This document shows positions 11,778-23,962 of a stretch of DNA of 64,000 nucleotides, piece after piece. Source of the stretch: Caecitellus pseudoparvulus (taxonomy: Eukaryota > Protista > Bigyra: Bicosoecida); contig CBFFRQ010000032.1 in NCBI GenBank assembly GCA_965644315.1, positions 768,682 through 832,681 of the forward strand. Direction: 5' to 3'. Every line of letters begins with the position of its first letter. Within the stretch, counting starts at the first letter, position 1. Under the pieces are notes generated by a model, which was not told the origin of the DNA, ran no database searches, and saw nothing but the letters and a program-made list of their open reading frames with translations. The position numbers and the translations under genes were made by a program.

Positions 11778-11956
11778 GGCTGCCTGCTCCCTTTCGCGGT
11801 TCAGCGCAGGCACCACAAGCCAGGAGCAGCCTGTGACACACTGTCCAAGCAACAGTCCCGAAGTCACAGCAGCGCCCCGAGGCATCAAGGGCATGCGACC
11901 GTGTGCTGTGAGGGTTTGCATTTTGCAGCATGCAGTGCTGTGCAGGCAGGTCAGGG

Positions 11957-14900
11957 TCACTGACCTGGGGGGCTGGAGTGTGGCGCAGCTGGAGGCTGAG
12001 GCAGCTCGGAGCCCACACCAGCACGCGCTTCTGGGAGCGTGGTGGACTCCATGCTGCGTCGTGGAGGAGGCCTGGACGGCGTGGAACTCACGGAATGCTT
12101 TCGACTGCGGTCTGGCAAGGGAGGAGGGCGCTCGCCGCTGGAATTGACGCGGGCGGGCCGCACGAGGCGCTGCGGCACTGCACTTGGCAACGCAGCAGGC
12201 ACTGCCTGCTGCACAGGAGACTCTGTGGGCGTCCCTGGCACAGGCAACGCAACAACGTCCTCTGTCGGGTAGTCCACAGCAGCACAGTACTTCATGGCCC
12301 ACAGGGGCCACACAACGAGGGCTTCTGGGCGTGTTGCAGGCCACAGCGCAAACTGGCCTGGGGAAGTCGGCACGCTGGCCATGATGCCACAGGTGGCGGC
12401 AGCACAGGCGTTGAAGACGTCCATGGGCAGCGCGCCCAGCGTGCTGGGCTCGGTGGTGTCCACTGCAGGCAGTTGCTCGGCACTTGCTGCACGCACCCGG
12501 GACATTCGTGCCAGGCGGCCGACACTGGCGCGTCCACCGCCGCCACCTGCCCCGGCAGCCTCAGGGCTCTGTGCCGGCGCACCCTTGCCCAGCCCCTGTG
12601 GGTCCACCAGGGCAGCTGTCGCAGGGGAGGCGTCCCAGAGAGCAGCCAGGTACCCCCGTGTGGGCGGCGTGTCGGGCAGCATGTACCAGGGGTTGCGGAA
12701 CTCCAACGCCCGGCGAGCCATGTGACTCCACAGGCTCTCTGCGCCGCCACGAACGGCCTGGCGCCCCCCCTCGTGGTCGTGCAGGAAGGTGCCGAAGCGC
12801 CCGCTGTACGCGTGGGTGGCCATGCAAGCCAGGAACGCGCAGTTGAACTCAAAGGCCGTGGGGAACTGGCGCGCCACCTGCCACACGGCGTCCAAAAACT
12901 GCAGGAAGACGGGGGAGCGTTTCTTGTGCCCGTGTTTCTCACGGGCATTGCCACAGCCACCCCCCGTGCGCATGGCAAACTGGTGCCCGAACGAACACCA
13001 CTCCTTCTCCACCAACACGGCGAAGCCGCCCATGGTGCGGTAATACGGGTCAAGCAGCAACTGCGCCAGGGCCGTCAGCTGCGCCGTGCGGTCCCAGCCG
13101 TCGGAGCAGTGCACAAAGACAGACGCGCCTTCTGCCAGGCACCGTGCGACTCGCACACTGCCCACCAGCACAGTGGACAGCAGCTTGAGCCACGGCAGGC
13201 GTGGGGCGTTTGGCACCCCCGTGATGACATCGGCAACGTGGGGCGGCAGCGGCGGCGCCAGCGGGCTAGGCACAGGCATGAGCCCCGACATGCCGCCAGT
13301 GGGCGGCGTGAAACGCACGAGCGGGAAGTGCGCGTGCCGCCCGAAGCTGAGGGAGAAGGCAGCGGGCGCCTCGGGGACGCCCCCCCCCACCGAGGCGCCC
13401 CTGCCCCCCTCGGCACCCTGCGCCCCTGCCGCCAGCTCCGCCAGGCCCGCATCCGTCCCCGCATCCAGCGCCGCCCCCACCTCCGGTGCCGACTCGAAGA
13501 TGCCAGAGGAGGCCAGTGCACGCGTGGAGCGTCCCAGTGTGGACCGTGGCACCATGCCCGCCTGTACCAGCGCACGCCGCATCTCATCGCCGAGGCTGTC
13601 GGTGGTGACGGAGCGGGGGCGAAGGAAGGAGGGCAGGACGCGGACAGAGGCGGTGCTGGGCGAGGGGGGGGGCAGGGAAGGCGCGTGCCCCCCCCCTCCC
13701 TCCCCGCCCCCTCCACCGGCACTCCACGCCACGCCCGCCTTGGCCACGCGAGCTGCGCCGTGCAGAGCGGCTGAGGCGGCTGCGAGCAACGCACCACGCA
13801 GGCCCGCCAACGCATCACGCACGACGTGGATGTTGTCAATGCCCAGGAAGGTCAGGTCTGCGCCGCCGTACCTGGCTGCGGACTCTGACCCCCCCCCCTT
13901 GCCCATGTTGCCCAGGGCGTTCATGCGGGGCCGTGCGTCCAGGATGGCCAGACTGACGCCTTGCCCTGGCGCCTTGCCCAGCTCGATGGGACCGGACACG
14001 CTGTGCCCACCCCCCAGGCTCGCCCTGGACACAGGGCGGGCCGAGATGCTGGCCCGCCGCGAGGGGCCTGCTTGCAGCTGGGAGGCCGCCTCGGCAGCGG
14101 AGGGGGAGGAGCGCCCCGACGTGCTGCGTTTCAGAGAGTCAAAGATGGACCCTGTGGCCTTGCGCGCAGGGGGGCTGGCGTCAGGGGACGAGGGGGCAGC
14201 CGTGCCAGCGCCAGGGCCACCGCCGCCGCTGCCCTCGTCGGCACCCCCCTCTTCCTCACTCTCCCCACCAGGCAGCACCACGGCGCTGCTGCGGGCAGGC
14301 GCGGAGAAATCGTAGCCAACGTATGCCCACTGCAGCTGCGTGAAGGGCGCCAGCGACACACGCGTGAGGGGGGTGCTGGCCGCCACGTGGACACGAGCTG
14401 ACCCCCGAGGGGTCGTCACACTGGTCCACTCGCCGCCGGGGCCACCTGGGTACGAGAGCGGTGCGACGGGGGGCGTCCACCCCCCGCCCTCCCCGGCTGG
14501 TTGTGCAGCCAGCGCGCTGAGCAGGGTCTCGTCCTGCCTGTTCGTGCTGCCAAACACCCCGGACATGGGCTGGCTGGCCCGGGAGAGACTCACCCGCCCA
14601 AACGCCCACACGACGGCAGGCAGGCGGCTCTTGCTGCGGTACTTCGCAGCGCCAGCCAGCGTCTCATCGTCCACGCTGACAGGCGCGATGACCCGAGCAG
14701 GGTACGTGGGGGCCAGCGCATGCCCCGCGTTGATGTCACTCACACGCCAGTGCGCCTCACCGTCACGCATGCGACTCAACTCGTACCCCAGGTCCAGCAG
14801 CGTCCACCCATCCACGTCCCCCAGCCCGCTGCCGCTGTCCACACTCCACAACCCGCCAAGGTGCCGCAGCACTGCCAGGCGTTTGGCGCTGCCATCGGCG

Positions 14901-17101
14901 CCGTCAGCACCCCCCGGCAACGTGGCCCACAGGGTGGGGATGCAGGGCACCACAGCTCGCAACAGCGGCAGCGGCAGCTGTGCAAGCTGCAGTGGCAGCT
15001 CCACAGCTGCCGGGCGCAGGCGGTGCTGTGTGGCAAACACTGGCGCGTCCTCCCACACGTGGGCCTCCAGCGCCTGCCGCACCTGGGCCGCGACGTTCGT
15101 GCTCGGCAGCCCCAGCAGGGAGAATCGCCCTGACACGGCACGTCCAGCTGAGGTGGTGGAGGTGCCGGTTGGCCCTGCTGCGTCCCCACCGTCAACCAGC
15201 CCATACCGGTGCACGAGGTCACCGGGCAGCACCGTCGCAGCCCACGCTGCCCAGTCCGCCACCGCCACCGCAAACTCCCGATCGGAGTGGCCGCTGGCCT
15301 GGGCGCCGCCACCGCCCAGAGGGGGGCCTTGCACCTCCGCGTGCACAAAGTTAAAGACGGCGGTGGTCAGGTCTGTGCACCACACGGCCAAGACGGAGGC
15401 GTCCTGTGTGGGGGAGGGCAGCACGGAGCCGGGCGGGGCAGACGGGTCGCGGCCCCGGACCACGGCCGTGGCGCTGCTGCTCACCTCCAACTGCGCGATG
15501 CAGCGCAGGGGGATGCTGGTGACACTGGCCAGGGCAGGCGTAGACACGACGAGGGTCATGCCCGGCGGGGAGGGGCCCTCCCCGTGCCCCCCCCCTGGCA
15601 GGCTCGCAACAGGGGGTGCGCCAGTGATGTCCACAGCGAGGTCGGACGTGGAGCTGGTCCTGGCCAGGCGGGGACCGGGGGGGGTTGGCCCCGCCCCCTC
15701 CTCCCCTGCCCCTTCCCACGGCAGGCGCCGCCATGGGAAGAACCGCAAGCGGTAATTGGACACGACCAGGGTGCCAAGTCGACCTGAGGTCGTCTCCACC
15801 ACCCGTGGCACCACGAGACCCACCGTCTCACCGAACAGAGGAGGAAGTGGCGCAGGGGGCAGCAGCGTGCGAGTGACAGCCGCAATGTCAGATGGTACTA
15901 GGCCAGGGGTCGGCACGGAGGGGGGATCAACTGGCTCCACCGCCCCTCCCAGCGCCGCATCCAACTCCTCCCCCATACCTGCCTCCACGCCCACGCTGCT
16001 GCTGCGCGCCATGATCATGGGCGACCCATGGGCGGGCCCGGGCGGAATGGCCACGGAGGCGTGAGAGCCGGCCATGCCGCTGACCCCGGACACCCCGCCT
16101 GCCGCACTGGTCAGCACGCCCGGCGGTGCCAGTTCCGCAACACCCGCCGCAGCGGAGCCTTCTTGCCACCACGCCTTACGGCGGACACGCAGGTGGGCCA
16201 CCTCCCCCTCCAGCTGCTCGAACAGGTGGCGCAAGGAGGCAGCTGATGTAGCAAAGGCCGTCAGCTGGCACATGAGCGTGTGGCTCACCAGCTCGGCAGT
16301 GGACAGGCAGGCGTCCTCCTGCGTCGCGTTCATGGCGGCGATGACGCTGTCTTGTTGTTCGCCGAACGACGCCACGGCTGCCCGGTGCGCCGACTGTGCC
16401 TCCACCAAGCGCGTCTGGTCGCTAAACTTCTTGCTCTTGGTCAGCTCCTTCACGCGGGCGGCCTTTGAATTCCGTTCTTGCAAAGCAGCATACGCGCGCA
16501 TCTTGATGTCCTTGCAATGCTTCATCTCTGCTGCCAGGCGCACCTGCACGGCATCCATGAAACTAGCTGCCAGCCGCCGCACCATTTGCTGGAAAGCTGT
16601 GTCGATGGCTCCGTGGCACGACCGGACGCCAGCGACGAAGGCATCGCTGAAAGGCGGAGATGCCTTCGTCTCCAACATAGTCTGCAGGGCGCTCTGGAAC
16701 TCCATGAGCTCAGAGTGGTATGCTGCGAAGGGCGCGGGCAGCCGGTGCGGTGCAGCACCAGCGCCAGCGGAACTTGACGAGCACCCCGACACGCCAATGG
16801 TCACCGGGTAGCACAGGCCGTTCAGCGGGTGCCCTCACCATGCGTGGCTGCGACAAACTTCTCCACTGTGCTTTCAGCTTCCTCCATAAATTTCCGCGTG
16901 TGCTTCAGCCCTGTGAAGCGCGTCGGCACGCCGTGAGGAGCAGGCTTCTCCCTCGCCACCTCCACCCCACCATGCCCACCACCCACCGTTGTTCAGCTCG
17001 TGGAACTCAGCAGACATGTCGTCGCTAGCCTCTGAACCCATCTTGTGCCGCAATGCACCCCGCCAGCTCATGCTGAAGATGCTCCCTCGCGCCTCTGCCA
17101 T
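11957..17101 (-). CDS. Myotubularin-family phosphoinositide 3-phosphatase with N-terminal BAR-like domain and PH-GRAM region
   Basis: Catalytic HCSDGWDRT at 13085-13111, plus YRSKSRLP, DARPRMNA, LVEKEWCSFGH and SPVFLQFLD; GTLVVSNYRLRF marks the GRAM region. Two upstream exons (introns 16911-16986 and 16723-16838) add an all-helical N-terminus of about 250 aa. Confidence 0.92.
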
Positions 17102-17616
17102 CCTGCAGTTGCCCTGCTCACAGCGTGCTGCCAAAGCCCAACCCTCGCTGAATGCACTGCACCTGCTGCAGCAAGAGCCGGCTTACACCGCGGAATGGGA
17201 GAGAAAGTGGACCAGCAGCAATGCGCTGGCGCTATCCGACATGAATGGTTTGGATTTTATTTGTGGGTGTGCCCAGCGGCGGCACGGTGGGCGGGCTCAT
17301 GCTCCAAATCTGACGCTGCAGCGTTTCAGCGACTGCATTGAGCGATGCAGGCCTGCCACCGCAGCGGATCTAACTGCTTCAAATCCCATAGCGTCGCACT
17401 CAAACCCTCCCAGACTTCTCTTGGGCTTCGTATCTTGCCCTGGGCAACGCCTGGTTGGCTCAGCCGCCTGCCAGCCGGCGCAAGTGGCTGCGCACGGCTT
17501 TGCGTTTCGTTTGAGCACTAAAGGCGCAACGCGCCAATCTGCGGGCCGCATTGCGTCTTTCCTGGGCCCAACGCCGGAATTCACGCAAGAAATAATCAAA
17601 TCACTCCCAAGGAAGC

Positions 17617-20600
17617 ATGGCTGGCCGCTCACAAAGCTTGCACGGCGCTGGGATGGGTGTTGGAAGTGACTCAGAGGAAGCGAGCGCTGCGCACCAGCTT
17701 CCGCCAGCTTTTCAGTGCCTGGCGGAGAACCAACGCCGGCGAATTGCCGACGCAATCCGAGGCTTGGATAGGATACAAGACTCGGATTCGGCTGTCGAGT
17801 CCGCCAAGTGCGCCGCTGAGCTTGTCCAGGTGAGTTCAGCCTTCGCGAGTTGAGCTGCCAGGGTTGGCACGAGCAGCACACAACAACCCCAAAACGCTGA
17901 CCTGTTTGCAGGGCGTGATAAACGTGGAGGCCGTGCTCGTGGTTCTCAAGCCTGAGTTCGTGGAGGAATCGCATGAGGCATTGAGCGGAGCTGACGACGG
18001 GAGCGAAAGCGGCGACGATTTTCTCACGCAAGTGCTTGTACGCTGCATGAGATGTAATCTGGTGGACCTCTTTGAGGAGGGAACGCAAATTGGAAAGCTT
18101 AGGCCAGCGGGGACTAGCGAAAGCGCCTGGCAGGCGTTTCTGGAAGAGTGCCTGACCCCGCAAGTGAGGCGATTGCAGCAGAGAGCGGCGTGGGAGGCGA
18201 GGCTGAAAGCAGCTGGCATCCAGAACCTGGGTCGTCCACTTCGGGAGCTGATTCGTGCAAGCATGCAAGCCGGCAGTGCTGCATGCAGCCCTGTGCGGAA
18301 AAGGCAGTCTGGAAACGCCCAGGCGCGCACTGACGCGGAGCTTAGCGCTGTTCATGAGCGCTTTGGCTGGCTGCATGAAGCTGGAGAATGGCTCCTCACA
18401 GGCAACTTCAGCCAGTGCTGGTTCCTGCAGGTCATGCTGCGCCAAGCTGGGGCGCCGAGCGAGCCACTGCCGGCTGACAGCGTCCCCCCTCGTTGGACGC
18501 GCGGGTGCTGGCCTGTGATGCACGGTTCAAGCATAGTGGCCGTTGTTCTGTCCCTCCCTTGGATAGAAGGAATGTTTCCTGGCATAGATACATCTAATGC
18601 CAGGACGGTTTTTGTTGGACAGGAGAATCTGCGCATCAGGGGAGTGCCGATTGCGCACGGTCGTCTGCGTCACGAAGCCCTGCACAAGGGGAGCGAGCAT
18701 GTGGTCAAGTTCATCGAATTCGTCGTCACCCCAGACCGTGCCCGCTTTCTTGTGGACTCCATGGCCACGGCGAGGCAGCAGGGGCCTGGGACGATGCTGG
18801 GTGCACCAAGTGGGTACGGCAAGTCCATGTGCTGCTTGGCACTTGCGATTATTAACACAATCGGTGCAGGGGGGGACGTGCTCGCATTACCTAAAGCGGA
18901 TCTGCTGGCAGGTGGCGTCACAGCCGCAGAGCTGTGCGACTCTCTGGTCGCACCAATGCTGCGCCTCTCATGCGGTCCAGCGCTTGAAGACGCAAAACTT
19001 CACACTCACCTTCATAACATCTGCCAAGGCCAAGACGCAGAAACAGCGATGTGTAAGTTGTTCGACGCTGAGACTGGCTTCTTGAGGCAGTCCACGCGCT
19101 CCCCTGACCCAGTGACTCGCTTGATCATCCTTGACAATGTTCAAGATTTGCATTACAAGTTGGCGAACAAAAATCAGGCGAGCTTGTCTCCTCGCTGGAG
19201 CATGGCCAAAGCCCTGCTCTCAGAAAAGAACTCAGCTGGTACGGTCCTTGCCTACGGCCCCGACGTTCAAGGTCTTGCTCGTCTTGATGGCAGTGACACA
19301 GCAACGAGCCCCGAGGACGCTGTCAAGGCAGGGGAGAAGAGGATTGTTGTCAGGCTTGAAGGGTTCTCGACCAGCGAAGCCCTTGCCCTCACGCTTCGTG
19401 CGCCAGATGCGCAGCCTGTTGTCGATGCTGCGACTGCTGCTGGGGAGGCGTGCGACCAGGATGCGCAGGGACTTGGCGAGCCAGTCCCCTTTCTACAACT
19501 GCCACAGGCCGTACACACGCTCGCCACAAGAAGTGAAGTGAGCCAGCAATGCCTTTCTGCATTTGTGGAGCGCACGGGTGGATCGGTTGCGGCCCTGCAA
19601 TCTGCATTGGTGGCACTGAACGCTGGCCAAGTGCAGGACCACGGCAGGCTTCACGAGACACTGGTGCATTCGTTACAGGACTGGTTCACTCGGGAAAGGT
19701 GCTGGCTACAGGAGCGCATCAGGCACTCGCTGGGTCCCGACAAGAGAGACTTGCTGGAGGAGCAACTCAAGTGCGCCAAAGAGCTGCTTGCTTCCACTCA
19801 GGGTGGTTCCGAGTCGACTTCCATCTTCCCAAGGTGTGCACTTGAACATGTCCAGAGAGCCGCTCTTGCCTTCCTTGGTGTGATCAACGAGCGCGAGCAC
19901 TTTGCCAACAAAGACACTCCAGGGGCCAGGGTGCTTCAACTGAGCCCTGCAGCGGCCTCAATCCCCGAGGTTGTGGAAAAGCAGGTCGTAGCACTGGTTC
20001 ACATGGGCCTGCTCGGCAGAAACTTCATCCCAATGTCCAGTGCAGCAGGCCCACCTCCGACTCACCTTCTGTCGAATGGCCAGCTGTCGACAGAGTGGGC
20101 AGCTCCACAGAGCGCTGCGTCCTCAGCGGTGCAGGAAAAGTTGCACTTCACTCAGGCCTTGATCGCGAAAGTGCATACCCTGAAGCCAGGCGAAAAGCTG
20201 GTCATTCACACCTCCCACTCGTTCCCAAGGCTTGACTGCCTCACGATTGTGCGAAATGGCATAGCAGATGTGTACCATTTGGAGTGTTCTATTGAGGAGG
20301 TGACAGTGGGGCGTCTGAGTGTCCATCCAAAACGCAAAGAAGTTGATTTCCTTCAAGGCGAAGGACTCCCAGACGGCACGCTCCCAGTCGCACCAACAGG
20401 TGCTGCCAAGGACTTGGCACTGCTCATTGCCGACAAGAAGTGGTACTGGGAGGAAACGGGGGACGGCTCGGTCTTGCTCAAGTGCATCAACAAGAGCAAC
20501 CCTTCAACGGGACCTCGGCCCGAGGAGTGCACCTCTTTCGCCACGGCCGCCTTACAGGGTCTTGGCCTTCCCGTCGTCGTGAACGGCTTCATGCGCCAAG

Positions 20601-20974
20601 GAGACGACGGGCGTCAAGTTCTCAGCATGAAGGTGGAGCCACCACCCGAAGACGTGGCCGCAGAGCTCAGAAGGCGTGTGGGCGAAGCACTTCCCCAGGC
20701 CTCAGACGAGGAGCAAAGTGGAAGATTAGCCTTCTCCGGCGACGGGTTTGGCCTGTACTTTGTCTACTGCTCACTTGCAGGAGACTCTGTGAGAGACGCT
20801 GAGCCGGCGCAACGTCAGACCGATGTTCAGGGTTACTTTGCTCTGGTCGGCCCTGACTGCATGGCAGGCTCCACCAGCAGCCTGCTCCCTGACGGGACTG
20901 CTGCCGCTGCTGCCGCTGCGCAGCCTGGTAGTCACCGGGCAAGTGAAGGCAGGGAGAGCGATGAGGACGAATGA
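17617..20974 (+). CDS. Gene A: Crinkler/RHS-like protein with a helical header domain, P-loop (AAA+/STAND-like) NTPase and PD-(D/E)xK restriction-endonuclease-fold domain; about 1090 aa, 1 intron
   Basis: Exon 17617-17829, intron 17830-17911, exon 17912-20974. Walker A GAPSGYGKS (18800-18826), Walker B LIILDN (19121-19138), VRLEGFSTSEALAL and ERTGGS. C-terminal SFPRLDCL...EEVTVG...H (20219-20326) resembles the Crinkler/RHS REase motif. Confidence 0.7.
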
Positions 20975-21340
20975 AAGGCTCCAGCCAAAGCCACACTTGC
21001 CACCCTTGCTCGCACTCTTCAAGCAAGTGACACGGGGGCCTCTGCCTCTGCCCCATGCCCTTGCAACGCAATCCATGGCAACTCCTCATGAAAGTGAACC
21101 CTGTCCCAGCACTTTCCCATGGCAGCGAGATGCAGCACTGCAGTGAGTAGGTCGCCAGGTCACTCACACCCCCCAACACTTCCATACGTGGCCCGCCTTC
21201 TCCCCACGCGCGGTGGACTCCGTTGCACGGCAAGGCAGGGCTGCCGCGTGTGGCTTTGCAGTGGCGAGGCTGAGTCACACTCAAAGCACCAGCACAGCAC
21301 CAGAGCCGGGCGAACGCTACCCCAAACCCAGTCTGCAGGC

Positions 21341-23712
21341 CTAGTGGCCCCTAGTCCACTTCCCAGGCACAGGCATGCACTGCCGTGTCCCCGATGGCTG
21401 TGTCCGCGTGACCTCGCTCCCTTTCGTCAGCTGTGCCAGCATCTTGGTGAGCTCCTCCCAACACTCAGCCTGCGACTCGTCCTTGGATCCGATACGCGTC
21501 GTGGACAGCTCAACAGGCTCTACAGGGTCATATGGCTCCACAAACGCGCCATGCTGCAGCTTCTCAAGCAGCACAGGCGGGCGATGCACCACGCAGCTGG
21601 CAAAGAAGTTGGCCAGCGCACTCAACGCTGTTCCGTTGCTTTCCGGACTTCCCAGAAGCTTGTGCGACAGCTTCAAGACATCCGGACTCAACATCAGTAC
21701 CACTGTCTGCATCTTGAAATTGCGGTATGAGCAGCGGCAAGGCCCCTTCGTGCGCATTTCTTTCGCAGTCCACCAGCCGCAGCTGCAGAACCTGGTGGCC
21801 CGTCGGTCAGCTTCACACAACACCATAAGTGCAAACCTCGCCGCCAACACGGCACTCGTAGAGCACCCATTTTCCTCCGCAGCTGTCAAGGCATTCTGGA
21901 TCTGCTGCTCCTCCGCCCCGTGCAGGTACTGCATGGCATCATTGAAGCCGGTCCGCACCGCCTCGCTCAACTCCACCAAGCGGGCGGCGGCCAGTGCTCG
22001 CTCTACAGCGGGCCTCAGGCTCTGTGCCAGGAACGTCTGCCAGCCAACCTCATCTGACAGGCTCTTGGGCCGAGCCACCCAGTCGCGAACGAGAAAGTGT
22101 AGGAAGCGTCTGGGTGGAATGACCACAGCATGTCGCAGGAAGTCCCACAGCAGGCCGGAGGTCGTCTCAGGCCCCGCAGAGCCATCCAGCAGCACGAAAG
22201 CCGCCTTCACGACATCGGGGTCTAGCAGTGCCAGCATTGTCTCGATGACCGCGTTTTCCTGCGCACACGAGCACACGTACACGGTGCAGGCGACTCTCGC
22301 TACGCATCTGGTTTGCACTTTCACTCACCCCTGCCTGCATCAGGGCGCACTTGGCTGCCTGCACGGCTGGCTCAGGACACTCGCTGCGCTCCAGGTCCGC
22401 AATGGCTGCCTCGATCCGACCTGCTGCATCATCGAAGCGTTCCAGAAAGGCTGGGAAGTCACGCTCCGCAGCTTGCTCCATGTACTTGCGTCGGATGAAG
22501 GACAGCGCCTTCCAAGACTCAGGTGTCATGCTATTGGTCAAGTAGGACTCCCATGCGCTCTTGGTCAGCTCCTGTAGAGGCACAAGCCACTCTCCTCGCT
22601 GGCTCGCCAATAGCTTTGATGGACCAGCACTTATGCACTTGCCCAGGAGGTATCCGAAGCTCCATACCATCTTCGGATCATTTCCAGCTTCGCTCACCAG
22701 TGCATGCGCGCGCTTGATGACGTCAGGGCGCAGTACCAGCTGCACCATTTCGTGCAAGGACCGCTTCTGCGCCGGCACACAGACGAGCACGTGAGGAGGG
22801 AGGCAGTTCGAGTGCGCAGCGGCACTCCACTCACACAAAGCCACACCACCGCATGCTTCGCTGCCAGCACCGCTTGTTCGTCACACTCGCTCTCTTTCAG
22901 TTTTTGAATGGCACGATTGATGCAGTCTGCTAGCTCAGCATTCAGTTTTGCGATCCTCTCGTCAAACCTCTTTTCGACCCTTCGCTGAATGTGAGCCAGC
23001 TGCCTGGCCTCCTCCTCCTTGACCTGCTGTCGGAGTGCAGCCGCCAACTGGCCAAGAACCTCGGCTGCCTCACCACTTCCTTGCCCTTTCAAGGACCCTG
23101 TGCCGCCTGCCTCTAGCTCCCCCAGCAGCTTCTGCGCACTGCACCCCAAGGTGCTCCACAGGAAGCTGGCCAAATCAAGACCAGGGTGCCCTGATGGTCC
23201 TCGCATCGGACAACACTCGTACAAGCGTGACAGCATGCTTGGCTCAAGCAGAGCGGAGAGGGTAACCAGGTCTGGCACGGTCTGTGGGCGCAGCATGGGA
23301 TACGCAGATCAGGTACGACGCCAGCCCCTGGTGGTGCACGGCTTGACTCACCTGGCAACCTGCATATGCAGACATGGCGATGAAAACAGCTGCCCTGTCG
23401 ACATCACTTGCGGCGAGGCTTGAGAGCAGGTCCACAGTGTGATCGCGCGCCTCACGAGTCAACGTCCCGCGCGAAACCCAGTCTGCTGCCCGTGCCTTGG
23501 CCAATTCCTCCGCAGCCTCCGGCCAACTCCACAGTCTACGCGTCCAAAGGCATTCAACCAGCGCTGCAGGCGCAGCGCGGGTCAGGTGATGAGGCCTGGC
23601 GCACAGCCGGGGTTTGTTGCAGGCGACACTCACAGCTTTCAGATTCCGCAGACACACCACCACCCCACAAGGGAAGGGCTTGCGTGCCACCCTGCCACGC
23701 ACAGGCAAGCAT
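21341..23712 (-). CDS. Gene B: tandem-repeat helical protein made of four copies of the gene A header domain, at least 4 introns
   Basis: GT-AG introns at 23564-23633, 23282-23351, 22767-22834 and 22259-22328 join the ORF fragments in frame. Repeat consensus: I..AI..LE.SEC.E.AV.AAK.A(L/V)...|...L.LL.PDV.K.AH.LL. Start codon uncertain. Confidence 0.72.
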
Positions 23713-23962
23713 GGCGCAAGATCAAGCGACCAAGTAAAGCCAATGCACACAGAGGGAGGCAATGGACTGGGTGAGGTGTTTGGATTGTGGCCTGGCGTTG
23801 GTTATGCCGAGGCGCGAAGGCTCTGGGCTCTTGCTGGTTCCCCAAGCCCATCACGATAACAACAAGCCCACTGGGCGCCAGCGCGAGCTTCCACTGCATC
23901 AAGGCACTCATGAGTGTGCCGTTGCCAGCCGTTGTGGCACCGGGCACACCAGGCCACCTCCA

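Noticed and set aside
11930-15755. Long plus-strand ORFs (614, 409 and 471 aa) opposite the myotubularin gene; similar ORFs at 59523-61280, 41238-42485 and 21375-22577
   Set aside because: Antisense shadows of GC-rich coding sequence with no independent motifs.
16989-17669. 226-aa ORF upstream of gene A
   Set aside because: Overlaps the myotubularin first exon and the likely divergent promoter, and has no recognisable motif; it cannot be supported as a gene or as extra exons of A.
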